64,000 nt of DNA, from NCBI GenBank assembly GCA_028286825.1, contig JAQBQV010000011.1, positions 12,920-76,919 of the forward strand, given 5' to 3'. Below, piece after piece: positions 35,938 to 44,626 of this stretch (positions within the stretch are counted from its first letter, which is position 1; each line of letters opens with the position of its first letter). Position numbers and translations under genes: made by a program. The notes beneath the pieces are model-generated. The model was not told where the DNA came from. It was given only the letters and a program-made list of their open reading frames with translations, and searched no databases. This stretch comes from Parcubacteria group bacterium (GTDB lineage: Bacteria > Patescibacteriota > Minisyncoccia > Phycocordibacterales > Phycocordibacteraceae).

Positions 35938-35968
35938 CAAGTTCAAATATCCTCTACCTAGCGGTAGC
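35938..35968 (+). repeat. Degenerate junction box (CAAGTTCAAATATCCTCTACCTAGCGGTAGC).
   Basis: About 22/27 match to the consensus. The preceding ATACACCAA tract is as in other junctions. Confidence 0.55.
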
Positions 35969-36079
35969 AAAGTTTAGATGCAAACAAAAAAGCCATTTTC
36001 TGTAGGGGGCGTAACAGAAACCCCTTCGGTTACGTCATGGTGGTTAGCGCGGCGCGCATTAATCAGTAATTACAAGACC

Positions 36080-36589
36080 ATGGCAACAATCAGCGGAATC
36101 TTTCCCACTAAAGCAGAGGCAGAGATGGCAATAGATGAGCTAAAAAATATCGGCGTTCCTGACACAGATATTTCCTGTATCTATCCAGATATAGAAGGAG
36201 ATCTGCATGACGACCAAAAAGGAGAAAAAATAGGGAGTGGTGCTGCCTCAGGAGCTACGACTGGAGCTGTGCTTGGGACCATTGCTGGTCTTGCTGTAGC
36301 AAATGGTATCTTGCCCGGAGTTGGGACACTCTTTGTGGCTGGACCTCTCGCTGCAGCACTCGGCTTTACTGGAGCTGCGGCGACTACCGTAGCGGGAGCT
36401 GCCACTGGTGCAGCGGCAGGTGGTCTTATAGGTGCCCTAAGTCAGTACGGTATATCTGAAGCTGATGCACACCTCTACGAAGAGCGCATCAAAAAAGGAG
36501 AGGCCCTCGTTGTCTGTAAAACCGATTCTTCTGACGCCGCAACTGTGTTTACCTCCCACAATGCAGAAGAGGTACGACACACGGCTTAA
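36080..36589 (+). CDS. YflT/DUF1269-like general stress protein with a glycine-zipper membrane segment.
   Basis: N-terminus SGIFPTKAEAEMAIDELKNIGVPDTDISCIY, then a G/A-rich zipper (GAASGATTGAVLGTIAGLAVANG...). Confidence 0.55.
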   Translation: MATISGIFPTKAEAEMAIDELKNIGVPDTDISCIYPDIEGDLHDDQKGEKIGSGAASGATTGAVLGTIAGLAVANGILPGVGTLFVAGPLAAALGFTGAAATTVAGAATGAAAGGLIGALSQYGISEADAHLYEERIKKGEALVVCKTDSSDAATVFTSHNAEEVRHTA

Positions 36590-36614
36590 CCCCTAATAAC
36601 TAACTTTCACTCAT

Positions 36615-36875
36615 ATGGGAATAATCTTATGGATCATCTTCGGTGCACTCGTCGGCTGGATCGCGTCACTCATCATGAAGACCGACGCACAGCAAGGAGC
36701 ATTGCTGAATATTATTGTCGGCATTGTTGGTGCGGTCATTGGAGGCTGGATCATGAGTGCTTTCGGACAAACAGGCACAACTGGATTTAACCTGTACAGT
36801 TTCGTAGTTGCACTCCTGGGGGCTATCGTACTTATCTGGATTGTTAAAGCGGTTCGAGGTAATAAACTGGTCTAA
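36615..36875 (+). CDS. GlsB/YeaQ/YmgE-family transglycosylase-associated membrane protein.
   Basis: [21 protein letters not shown]...[13 protein letters not shown] is the family signature. Confidence 0.7.
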   Translation: MGIILWIIFGALVGWIASLIMKTDAQQGALLNIIVGIVGAVIGGWIMSAFGQTGTTGFNLYSFVVALLGAIVLIWIVKAVRGNKLV

Positions 36876-36916
36876 CAAACAAGTTGTAAAAACTTGATGG
36901 AGACACTGTGAATATG

Positions 36917-36950
36917 AAAACGCCCGCAAGGGCGTTTTCATTTATACGGT
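36917..36950 (+). terminator. Intrinsic terminator (AAAACGCCC-GCAA-GGGCGTTTT plus CATTTAT).
   Basis: 9-bp stem plus T tract. A degenerate box-like sequence follows at 36948-36985. Confidence 0.7.
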
Positions 36951-37047
36951 AAATCAAATATCCCCGAGCACTGCTAGAGCACTTCCCTTTTTTAGTCACT
37001 CTATGAACCATATAGATACCTCTATTAATTCGTTTATACTTTACACA

Positions 37048-37476
37048 ATGGCAACTAAGCGGCGATCAAAATATACCCCAGGCGATTTTAAATTTCGCGT
37101 CGGGCGCTCAGCGAGTGGTAAAGGGCTTTTTACTCTGGATATGATTTCTAAAGGCAGCTGTATTATCGAATACATTGGCAAACCCGTAAGTGAAGAAGTA
37201 GCGAAACGCGACTCAGGCAAATACTTATTTGAACTTTTTCCAGGCAAAACAATCGATGGCAACATCCCACAGAACCTTGCCCGCTACATCAATCACGCTT
37301 GCGCACCCAACTGTGAAGCGCTCGGGCCGCGTAACCGGGTGTTCATCTACTCCCTCAAGAACATCCCTGCCGGCAGTGAACTCACCTACGACTACGGGGA
37401 AGAGTTTTTCAATAAGCATATACAACCACACGGAGGATGTAAGTGCGATACGTGCAGACCTCAACGCCTAGGGTAG
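37048..37476 (+). CDS. SET-domain protein (putative lysine methyltransferase).
   Basis: GKGLFT, RYINHACAPNC, ELTYDYG and a C-terminal CKCDTC post-SET cysteine cluster. Confidence 0.75.
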   Translation: MATKRRSKYTPGDFKFRVGRSASGKGLFTLDMISKGSCIIEYIGKPVSEEVAKRDSGKYLFELFPGKTIDGNIPQNLARYINHACAPNCEALGPRNRVFIYSLKNIPAGSELTYDYGEEFFNKHIQPHGGCKCDTCRPQRLG

Positions 37477-37604
37477 GCTACCAAGGAAACCTTCGCGGCA
37501 GATCTATTTTCTATACTCCGTTCCAACAGTCTCTAACGCTGACACGCGATACAAGGCTTTTGCTATACTAAAGGACGTATTATTGGCATGTAAACTCAAC
37601 CACT

Positions 37605-38021
37605 ATGCAAAGCAAACTCAACCCATATATCAGTTTTAACGGGAATGCGAGAGAAGCTATGGAGTTTTATAAAAGTGTTTTAGGCGGAATGCTTACCACA
37701 AGCACGTTCAAAGAAGGCGGCATGCCCCATGACCCTGCAACTGCAGAGAAGCTCATGCATGCGATGTTAATCACCGAAAACGGTATTACTCTCATGGCAT
37801 CTGACACTCCCCCAGGCATGCCGTATACCCCAGGGACGAATATCGCCATATCGCTTAGCGGTAATAACGAAGATGAGCTGCGCGGATATTGGAACAGTCT
37901 GGCTGACAGCGCACAAATCAGCATGCCTCTCGACAAAGCTCCGTGGGGTGATACTTTCGGAATGTTGACTGACAAATTTGGGATCAGCTGGCTTGTAAAT
38001 ATCTCAGGACAGAAAGGATAG
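37605..38021 (+). CDS. VOC/glyoxalase-bleomycin-resistance family protein (PhnB/YjdN-like).
   Basis: 138 aa with the typical VOC beta-alpha-beta-beta-beta layout. Confidence 0.7.
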   Translation: MQSKLNPYISFNGNAREAMEFYKSVLGGMLTTSTFKEGGMPHDPATAEKLMHAMLITENGITLMASDTPPGMPYTPGTNIAISLSGNNEDELRGYWNSLADSAQISMPLDKAPWGDTFGMLTDKFGISWLVNISGQKG

Positions 38022-38170
38022 GCTTCATACCTTGTCGCTTAATAAACGGGGATACCTCGCTTGCCAGCGCTACTAACCGCTTCATACCCATTTCAAGGTA
38101 TATTTGACATACTTCATTTCGGATGTTCGAAATACAACTGTACCAATCCCCACCTTTCGAGGAGAAACGC

Positions 38171-38740
38171 ATGGCAGCGCAAACTGAAATCAAGACCACA
38201 GGCAAGCCAGTAAACATCATTTCGAAACTCCGCAGAGCCTCCGCGTGGATCGAGGAGTCATCAAAGGACTTGAAGGCCGCCGCTATTAATCGGCGAAGGA
38301 AGCAAGAACGAACTAGAGGGGAGCAGCTTGATAGCGATAAAATTGTTACGCTCGTCGATGAACTCGAAGAGATCCAGCGCAAGTTGAATCCCCTTGAAAA
38401 TCAGCGCGCGAGCTTGGTGGAACAACTTCTCGCTCATTGGGGCCATACAGGGGTTGAGGAGATTGAAGGTGCTCTCGGGAAGACACTTATCTCGACTAGC
38501 TTCGAGCTTGCTGTCGATCCAGATGTAATTGAAAAGAATATTTCAGTGCCCCTGTGGCGGAGACTAAGCGCGCGTACATTGCAGGCGGATCTTTTACTCA
38601 CTGAAAGCAATCGGACCCCAAAGATCCGTGATGCGATACTGAGCGCTCTAGTGATCAATAAGCTAAAGGTCTCAGTCACTTCGCCGAGTTCACGACGTGC
38701 GAAAAGCGGAGAAACTGATGGGGAAAGCGAGGACGAGTAG
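38171..38740 (+). CDS. Hypothetical coiled-coil protein.
   Basis: GAGGAGAAACGC RBS. Starts MAAQTEIK. Acidic C-terminus. Confidence 0.5.
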   Translation: MAAQTEIKTTGKPVNIISKLRRASAWIEESSKDLKAAAINRRRKQERTRGEQLDSDKIVTLVDELEEIQRKLNPLENQRASLVEQLLAHWGHTGVEEIEGALGKTLISTSFELAVDPDVIEKNISVPLWRRLSARTLQADLLLTESNRTPKIRDAILSALVINKLKVSVTSPSSRRAKSGETDGESEDE

Positions 38741-38958
38741 ATCATCCTTCGTATAAAAAGTACTCACAAAGCGCGGACAGGCCACTCTCGTATGCCTATA
38801 CCCCGCTCGACAGATTTACCGTCTTGTCGGGCGGCTTCATTTTTCTGCTAAACAGCTACACATATTCATCTTTGGCACATACCCATCTATATATACTTAC
38901 TCTTGGAAAGAGACGGTTACTAAGAGAGGTCCTCTCTACCGATCTTTAGGAGAATTAC

Positions 38959-39519
38959 ATGAATGCCGCTGTAACATGGAAAGCCTTGTTTGCTTGCATT
39001 ACAACAGTAGCCCTCGCTGGCTGTTGGAACGATACTATCGGAGAACGGATCGGCGTAGTCACCGACCTGCAACCGAGCAATCGTCTTTTTTGCAAGCACT
39101 GGGAAGTTCAAATATCCCAACCGGTGCCTTCAGGTCCTGCCTATCGATTCTATCTGGAGGACGACAGTCTAATTCCGCAACTACGGAAAGCGCTCGCTGA
39201 TCAGAAAACAGTGAAGATCGGCTATAACCGAGATCCGCTTGCGTGGTGCCACGCCGACAGCGACGGGTTGTATCTTCGAAACATCGATAGTGTGGCGGTA
39301 CCTACCACTCGTCCTGCTGAAACAAAAACGCTTGTTGTTACCCAGAGTTCGAAGTCCGATTCGCTTCAAGAGTTGGTCCGTCAGAACCGAGAACTCATCA
39401 CTGGCCAAAAAGAGATTCTGACAGAGTTACGGACTAAACGCGCCGCGACACACAACAAACCGAAACCAAATGAGCAATACCAACGCATTTCCTTAAAACG
39501 CGACAAAGAAAGATGTTGA
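38959..39519 (+). CDS. Lipoprotein.
   Basis: TAGGAGAAT RBS. Signal peptide plus lipobox (TTVALAGC). Confidence 0.6.
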   Translation: MNAAVTWKALFACITTVALAGCWNDTIGERIGVVTDLQPSNRLFCKHWEVQISQPVPSGPAYRFYLEDDSLIPQLRKALADQKTVKIGYNRDPLAWCHADSDGLYLRNIDSVAVPTTRPAETKTLVVTQSSKSDSLQELVRQNRELITGQKEILTELRTKRAATHNKPKPNEQYQRISLKRDKERC

Positions 39520-39527
39520 ACCGTCCG

Positions 39528-39575
39528 CCGCCAAAAGCCGTCGCCTCATGAGGTGCGCCTCTAGGGCGGCGGTTT
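39528..39575. terminator. Bidirectional hairpin (CCGCCGCC-loop-GGCGGCGG) between convergent genes.
   Basis: 8-bp GC stem flanked by T/A tracts. Confidence 0.5.
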
Positions 39576-40339
39576 TAATGTGTCTTAGAGTCTGCTTTGA
39601 GCAGATTAAACGCTTCTTGCACGGTGGTCATGAACTGGGCTGGGAAAATAATTGTTGAGTTCTTTTCTGTAGCGATCTCAGACATTGTCTGGAGCGTACG
39701 CAACTGAAGCGCGACGGGGTGTGCAGAGATGATGTCAGCTGCTTCACCGAGTTTTTGTGCGGCTTGCATCTCTCCTTCTGCGGCAACGATCTTGGCTCGG
39801 CGCTCACGCTCTGCCTCAGCCTCCTTCGCCATTGCGCGCTGCATATTATCGGGAAGTGTGATGTCCTTGATCTCAACGGCAGTCACCTCAGCGCCCCACG
39901 GTTCGGTGTGTGCATCGATCACATTTTTAATCTGCGTATTGATATCGACTGTCTGGGCGAGCAATTGGTCGAGCATGAACTGACCCACGACATTACGCAC
40001 AGTCGTTTGGCTGATCTGGTTGACCGCGCTATATACGTCTTCAATGGCGATAACAGACTTTAGGGGATCTGTGATGTGGTAGTAGGCGACCGCCGCGATA
40101 TCGATCGACACATTGTCTTTCGTGATAATTTTTTGAGATGGAATATTCATCGTGATCGTACGAAGAGTCGTACGCGTCATCTGCTCGAGAATCGGGATCA
40201 AAATGATAAGACCGGGACCCCGCACGCCCGTCACTTTGCCAAGAAAGAACACGACACCGCGGTCGTACTCCTTTACCACCCGGAGCGACAGAGCGAGAAA
40301 AAGGATCACTACGCCCACCGAAATATAGAATATTGTCAT
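39575..40339 (-). CDS. SPFH/band-7 (stomatin/prohibitin-like) membrane protein.
   Basis: An N-terminal TM helix, an SPFH domain and a C-terminal coiled coil ([17 protein letters not shown]). Confidence 0.85.
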   Translation of the reverse strand: MTIFYISVGVVILFLALSLRVVKEYDRGVVFFLGKVTGVRGPGLIILIPILEQMTRTTLRTITMNIPSQKIITKDNVSIDIAAVAYYHITDPLKSVIAIEDVYSAVNQISQTTVRNVVGQFMLDQLLAQTVDINTQIKNVIDAHTEPWGAEVTAVEIKDITLPDNMQRAMAKEAEAERERRAKIVAAEGEMQAAQKLGEAADIISAHPVALQLRTLQTMSEIATEKNSTIIFPAQFMTTVQEAFNLLKADSKTH

Positions 40340-40520
40340 ACCGGTATTATATCACTTGAGGAACTTGTGCCTGTGCCACCGCTCTCCTCCTTTACCTCCG
40401 CTACGTACTTTGCAGCAAGAAATACTCAAGAGGCATAGCCCATACACATCTCTGCTACATAGGGTACTGATCTGGCTGAGACTGTAATGCTTCCGCCATC
40501 CCTACGGCACGTAAGCCGAT

Positions 40521-41633
40521 ATGCGACTAGAGGATATAGCGCGGATGCCCGCGCAGACGCATATGCCGCATGAGATACAGCGCTTACAGCGTGAGGCACC
40601 GCGGTACGTGCGTGCCATTATCGAAAAAACAAAAACCTTCCCGAAAGTGAAATCAATAGACGAGCTTGAACCTGGCTCAATCGAGCTCCTTGAAGGTGGC
40701 GTCGCTTCTGCGCTTTATAGCGTGCGCAATTTAGACGAGCTCGTTGTAATCAAACTGCGCAAAGACGGGATTGAAGCCGAACGAGAATCCCTTGAGGCAT
40801 GGGCAAAAGAAGGAGTGCGAATCCCAACAATACGCCACCAAGGAGTGGTCCCAAAGTCACTAGAGAAAGCAAAGATTAAATACTTACTTCTCGACTTTAT
40901 TGTCAACAAAAAAGGCGAGCGCGCGTCTACCGGTGTCGCGTTTTTACGGAAGAATCCAAACCGCGCACGACAGATGGGCCAGGTGCTCGGACGAACACTC
41001 GCACGCATGCACCGAGCTAAATCGAAGCGCTCGTTTGGAGAATTTGCAGACACCGTTGGTAAAAGTAAGACACCAATCCGCACCTGGAATAAATACCTTC
41101 TCGGTTATGTGCGACTTCATCATACCTACCTTCAGCGGCTGGGTATTTCAAGACGACTGCTCAGACAGCTTATGCGCTCAATCGAGAAGATCCGTTTTTC
41201 TTCTCGCGGAATCTATGTTCACGGAGATTACAGCCTACGCAATGTTATGGTGGAGTCTTCAAAGCCTTTGAAAATTGTTGTCTTTGATCCGAATCCGCTC
41301 ATAGGTGATCCCTCGTGGGATATAGCGATCCTCTTTAACAATCGTGATTATCGTCGTAAACGGTATGAATGGGATCCGACGGTACCGCACTATCGGGAAG
41401 CGTATCGCATCGAGGAACGATTCTTTGATGGATTTTGGAAATCATACCGCCTCGCAACCAGGAAGAATATTAGTCTGGATAAAATTCGTATCGCCCAGCT
41501 AATCCAGACGATTATCCACTTACAGGCTGAGGAGCACAAAACGTATCAAAGTAAGGCTATGAACGAGCTTGAAGTACGTGTGCGGCGCGAAGTACTTTTC
41601 GAGCGGTTTGGCAGCTTAGACTTAGATCATTAA
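40521..41633 (+). CDS. Protein-kinase-like phosphotransferase (APH/choline-kinase family).
   Basis: YVHGDYSLRNVMV (HGD catalytic loop) and VFDPNP (DxD-like) motifs. Confidence 0.7.
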   Translation: MRLEDIARMPAQTHMPHEIQRLQREAPRYVRAIIEKTKTFPKVKSIDELEPGSIELLEGGVASALYSVRNLDELVVIKLRKDGIEAERESLEAWAKEGVRIPTIRHQGVVPKSLEKAKIKYLLLDFIVNKKGERASTGVAFLRKNPNRARQMGQVLGRTLARMHRAKSKRSFGEFADTVGKSKTPIRTWNKYLLGYVRLHHTYLQRLGISRRLLRQLMRSIEKIRFSSRGIYVHGDYSLRNVMVESSKPLKIVVFDPNPLIGDPSWDIAILFNNRDYRRKRYEWDPTVPHYREAYRIEERFFDGFWKSYRLATRKNISLDKIRIAQLIQTIIHLQAEEHKTYQSKAMNELEVRVRREVLFERFGSLDLDH

Positions 41634-41647
41634 TTACCCGGAGGTAT

Positions 41648-42184
41648 ATGATGCGCGTTTATTTAGTCAGGCATGCGGAGAGAGCGGATCAGTCTGATCC
41701 TTTGTTCGCAAGTGCAGACGTACCACTTACCGACTACGGCAGACGGCAAGCAGCGCTTCTTGCTGAACGCTTTGCGACGATTCCCATCCAGATCATCTAC
41801 TCAAGCGGCTACGTGCGCACAAGGGAGACAGCTGAGATCATCAACCGCGTGACGCACACCGATATTGAGTACGTGAAGAGCATCGAAGAACTTGGTCATG
41901 ACGAGAAGATGTCGGACGTCTTCAAACGGGCCAATGAGTTTGTACAGTTCCTTACCACCCTTAAAACAGACACGATCCTGGTTTCGGCACATGCAGGGAT
42001 TATCAAAATGATCGTCTTCGCAATGGTCTTCGGGGAGGTACACTTGGGGCCAGCGTTTGACGCATTCAATGAGTCCTTTCATATGGATTACACGGGGATC
42101 ACACTCTGTCGTTATGAAATCCGAGAGAATCGATGGTACACCGTTACCTGGAATGACCTTGGACACTTACCCCCACCAACCTAA
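41648..42184 (+). CDS. Histidine phosphatase superfamily protein (phosphoglycerate-mutase-like).
   Basis: LVRHAER RHG motif, and a downstream SAHAG segment carrying the second catalytic His. Confidence 0.75.
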   Translation: MMRVYLVRHAERADQSDPLFASADVPLTDYGRRQAALLAERFATIPIQIIYSSGYVRTRETAEIINRVTHTDIEYVKSIEELGHDEKMSDVFKRANEFVQFLTTLKTDTILVSAHAGIIKMIVFAMVFGEVHLGPAFDAFNESFHMDYTGITLCRYEIRENRWYTVTWNDLGHLPPPT

Positions 42185-42267
42185 TTTTCTGAACTGTCTT
42201 CAGTACCCGCTTCTCAGCATATCGAGAAGCGGTTTGATATACACCAGTACTTAGTAACTCATAGAAG

Positions 42268-43026
42268 CTACTTCCAGAATCCAAATGAAATAGTCCTTTT
42301 GATTCGTGACCAGCCACCCCGATCCTTTTCCGGTCGTTTTACGGAAGCCAGTTTCTCTTCCATTTCTCGCGACAGCGGCTTCGGCTTCGATAGTGCTTTG
42401 ATTGTTCCATCGGGGTTTCTGTTCGCAGGACGAGTGTCAAGATCGTCGAGATTAACCTCACTCCTGCGTATCGCCTCATCTCGACTAATCGAAGGCATTG
42501 AAACGGTGCCGTCTTTCAACTCGCGTTTATCGGGGTCAAAGTCGGTGCCTACTCCCGCAGTAAGATCTAATCCTGTACCGCCTGTGTTTTCCCTGCCGCG
42601 CGCATAATGCTCAATAACAAGAACGGCATTGGTATACAGTTTTTTGTTCAATAGTTTCCCCTCTTCGGCCTCTTGCGCATTGAGGTCCTTGGCCAACTGA
42701 ATTACATCAACAGTCCCCCGAGTAAGAAGTCGGTCTACTACGGCTAGTTTGTACTTGAGATCAGTAAGTTGCGCCTCTTCTGCATGCACTCCAATAGCTT
42801 TCTGAAAGCGTTTGAGATATTCCTCCTTTTTAAAGAAAAGTGCCCGTCTCAGTTCAAGACTCTCAGGTAATATGATCGTCGCATTCGACTCTGACGGTGT
42901 AGTTGTAGCAATTTCAGCAGCAACTGGTTCCATTTCTGGCTCCTCTGATGTAGCCGTCGTTTCAGAGAACCGCGAGTACTTTCCTGGTTCGTCTTGATCA
43001 ACGATGGGTATACGTTCTGAGCTCAT
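42268..43026 (-). CDS. Hypothetical acidic coiled-coil protein.
   Basis: 252-aa ORF with no motif recognised. Confidence 0.45.
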   Translation of the reverse strand: MSSERIPIVDQDEPGKYSRFSETTATSEEPEMEPVAAEIATTTPSESNATIILPESLELRRALFFKKEEYLKRFQKAIGVHAEEAQLTDLKYKLAVVDRLLTRGTVDVIQLAKDLNAQEAEEGKLLNKKLYTNAVLVIEHYARGRENTGGTGLDLTAGVGTDFDPDKRELKDGTVSMPSISRDEAIRRSEVNLDDLDTRPANRNPDGTIKALSKPKPLSREMEEKLASVKRPEKDRGGWSRIKRTISFGFWK

Positions 43027-43168
43027 GAGTAGTGATTAGTGCCTATAACGCTATAGCGATCAGTATACATGGGCTAACCAGCTTTCCCGGTAATTGACGT
43101 CACACTATTTATATGCTATTCTTTTTTCTTCATGCTGTACTTTCGCAGCATGATTTTTACGGGGAGTA

Positions 43169-43588
43169 GTGCGTATGAAATGTGGTGTAGTCGCGGCAAC
43201 TGCCGCATTGATCTTTTCAGGCGTAACCGCGGCTGAACAGTTTCTTCCAGATGACGTCGATTTGCGGGTTGTCAAAACGGCCCCAAAAGGTTCATTTGGA
43301 CTATCCTTTTGCGGAGAGTATGTGGCTCAAAGTCACGAGGATGGTCCAGGCGGTTCCCCACTTGTCGTGGTAACGATCCTCAAAACGGAGAATGTCGTAC
43401 GCAACAAGAAAAAAGAACTTGCGTACGAGTTCGTATCGATCGCCGTGGATCTGGGCCGCGCTAGTATCGAACCGAACGAGCATGCTGTCACACCTATTGC
43501 GCGCAGGCATGGGAAGTCGCTCATTCTCCAGATGAAGAAGTTCGACGCTGCCGCTGCGCAACCATGCCTCGTCGGCAAAATTACATAG
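43169..43588 (+). CDS. Secreted hypothetical protein.
   Basis: Signal peptide (MKCGVVAATAALIFSGVTAA). Confidence 0.45.
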   Translation: MRMKCGVVAATAALIFSGVTAAEQFLPDDVDLRVVKTAPKGSFGLSFCGEYVAQSHEDGPGGSPLVVVTILKTENVVRNKKKELAYEFVSIAVDLGRASIEPNEHAVTPIARRHGKSLILQMKKFDAAAAQPCLVGKIT

Positions 43589-43705
43589 AACACAACCGTC
43601 CTGAAGCGAACACCGTTCGCACAGGACGGTTTCGCTTTTCCTCAGAGAACCTTCACTATGGCACACAGTATACTGGAGCTAGTATTACTCTACTAAAATA
43701 GACCT

Positions 43706-44056
43706 ATGAAAAAATTTCTAGCTGTATTTCTGGGTTCTGCAGAGGCAATGGATGAGTGGAAGACGCTCGACGAGGCAGTGCGTAAAGAACGCGAGAGGGC
43801 CGGTATGATGGCCTGGGGGGAATGGATGACCGAAAACGCTGAATCAATTGTCGACCAAGGTGCTCCTTTAGGAAAAACGAAGCGTGTAAATAGTAGCGGT
43901 ATAGACGACATTCGTAACGAGCTGGGTGCATATGTGGTCGTGCAAGCCGAGTCACACGAAGAAGCTGCGAAGTTGTTTGTTGGTCATCCGCACTACACGA
44001 TCTTCCCCGGGGATCGCGTCGAGGTGATGGAATGTCTCCCAATGCCAGCAATGTAA
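43706..44056 (+). CDS. YciI-like (dimeric alpha+beta barrel) family protein.
   Basis: MKKFLAVFLG ... VVQAESHEEAAKLFVGHP resembles the YciI family. Confidence 0.45.
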   Translation: MKKFLAVFLGSAEAMDEWKTLDEAVRKERERAGMMAWGEWMTENAESIVDQGAPLGKTKRVNSSGIDDIRNELGAYVVVQAESHEEAAKLFVGHPHYTIFPGDRVEVMECLPMPAM

Positions 44057-44076
44057 TAACTTTTAACGCACACCTT

Positions 44077-44502
44077 ATGACAATGAATCCTGTAGTACAT
44101 TTTGAGATGCCGTACGAAGATCAAGCTCGAATGAAAAGATTTTATGAAACTGCCTTTGGTTGGAAAGCAAATGTGCTCGGCCCAGAGATGGGCGATTATG
44201 TCGTGGTCATGACTTCAGAGCATGGCGCGACGGGACCAAAGGAACCCGGTCGAATAGACGGCGGTTTCTTCAAAAAATCGAAGGATACTCAAACTCCTTC
44301 TATTGTGATCGCTGTTGATGATATCCATGAGGCCATGAAAAAAGTAACTGAGACGGGCGGAACCGTGCTTGACGGCAGCACTGGAAACGGCGAGCCCGAC
44401 GAGATTCCTGGCGTTGGTCTCTATGCGGGTATTATCGATACTGAAGGCAATCGCGTTTCGCTTCTCCAGCCCACACCTCGAATGTCGGCGCATCCTGAGT
44501 AA
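44077..44502 (+). CDS. VOC/glyoxalase family protein.
   Basis: VHFEMPYEDQARMKRFYETAFGW ... GTVLDG: two beta-alpha-beta-beta-beta modules. Confidence 0.7.
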   Translation: MTMNPVVHFEMPYEDQARMKRFYETAFGWKANVLGPEMGDYVVVMTSEHGATGPKEPGRIDGGFFKKSKDTQTPSIVIAVDDIHEAMKKVTETGGTVLDGSTGNGEPDEIPGVGLYAGIIDTEGNRVSLLQPTPRMSAHPE

Positions 44503-44626
44503 CCACAAAGGGATATAACGATGAATTCGGCTTTGCGGGCCGTTATTTATATAGAGAAAGTGCATTTTTTGACCGCTATTGACTCCGGTCTAGATTTGAG
44601 GCAATATCACTATATAACTCTTACCT

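Noticed and set aside
24642-35968. A regularly spaced ~27-31-nt direct repeat was considered as a CRISPR array.
   Set aside because: The spacers are 500-1200 bp and contain promoters, RBS-preceded ORFs and terminators. The repeats are only about 75-100% identical and carry no CRISPR-repeat features. This is not CRISPR.
24642-35968. The box was considered as an ECF-sigma promoter (GAAC -35-like element).
   Set aside because: No CGTC-like -10 lies at the appropriate spacing, and a clear sigma70-type TTGACA-N17-TATAAT sits immediately downstream. An upstream operator or att function is more consistent, but not excluded.
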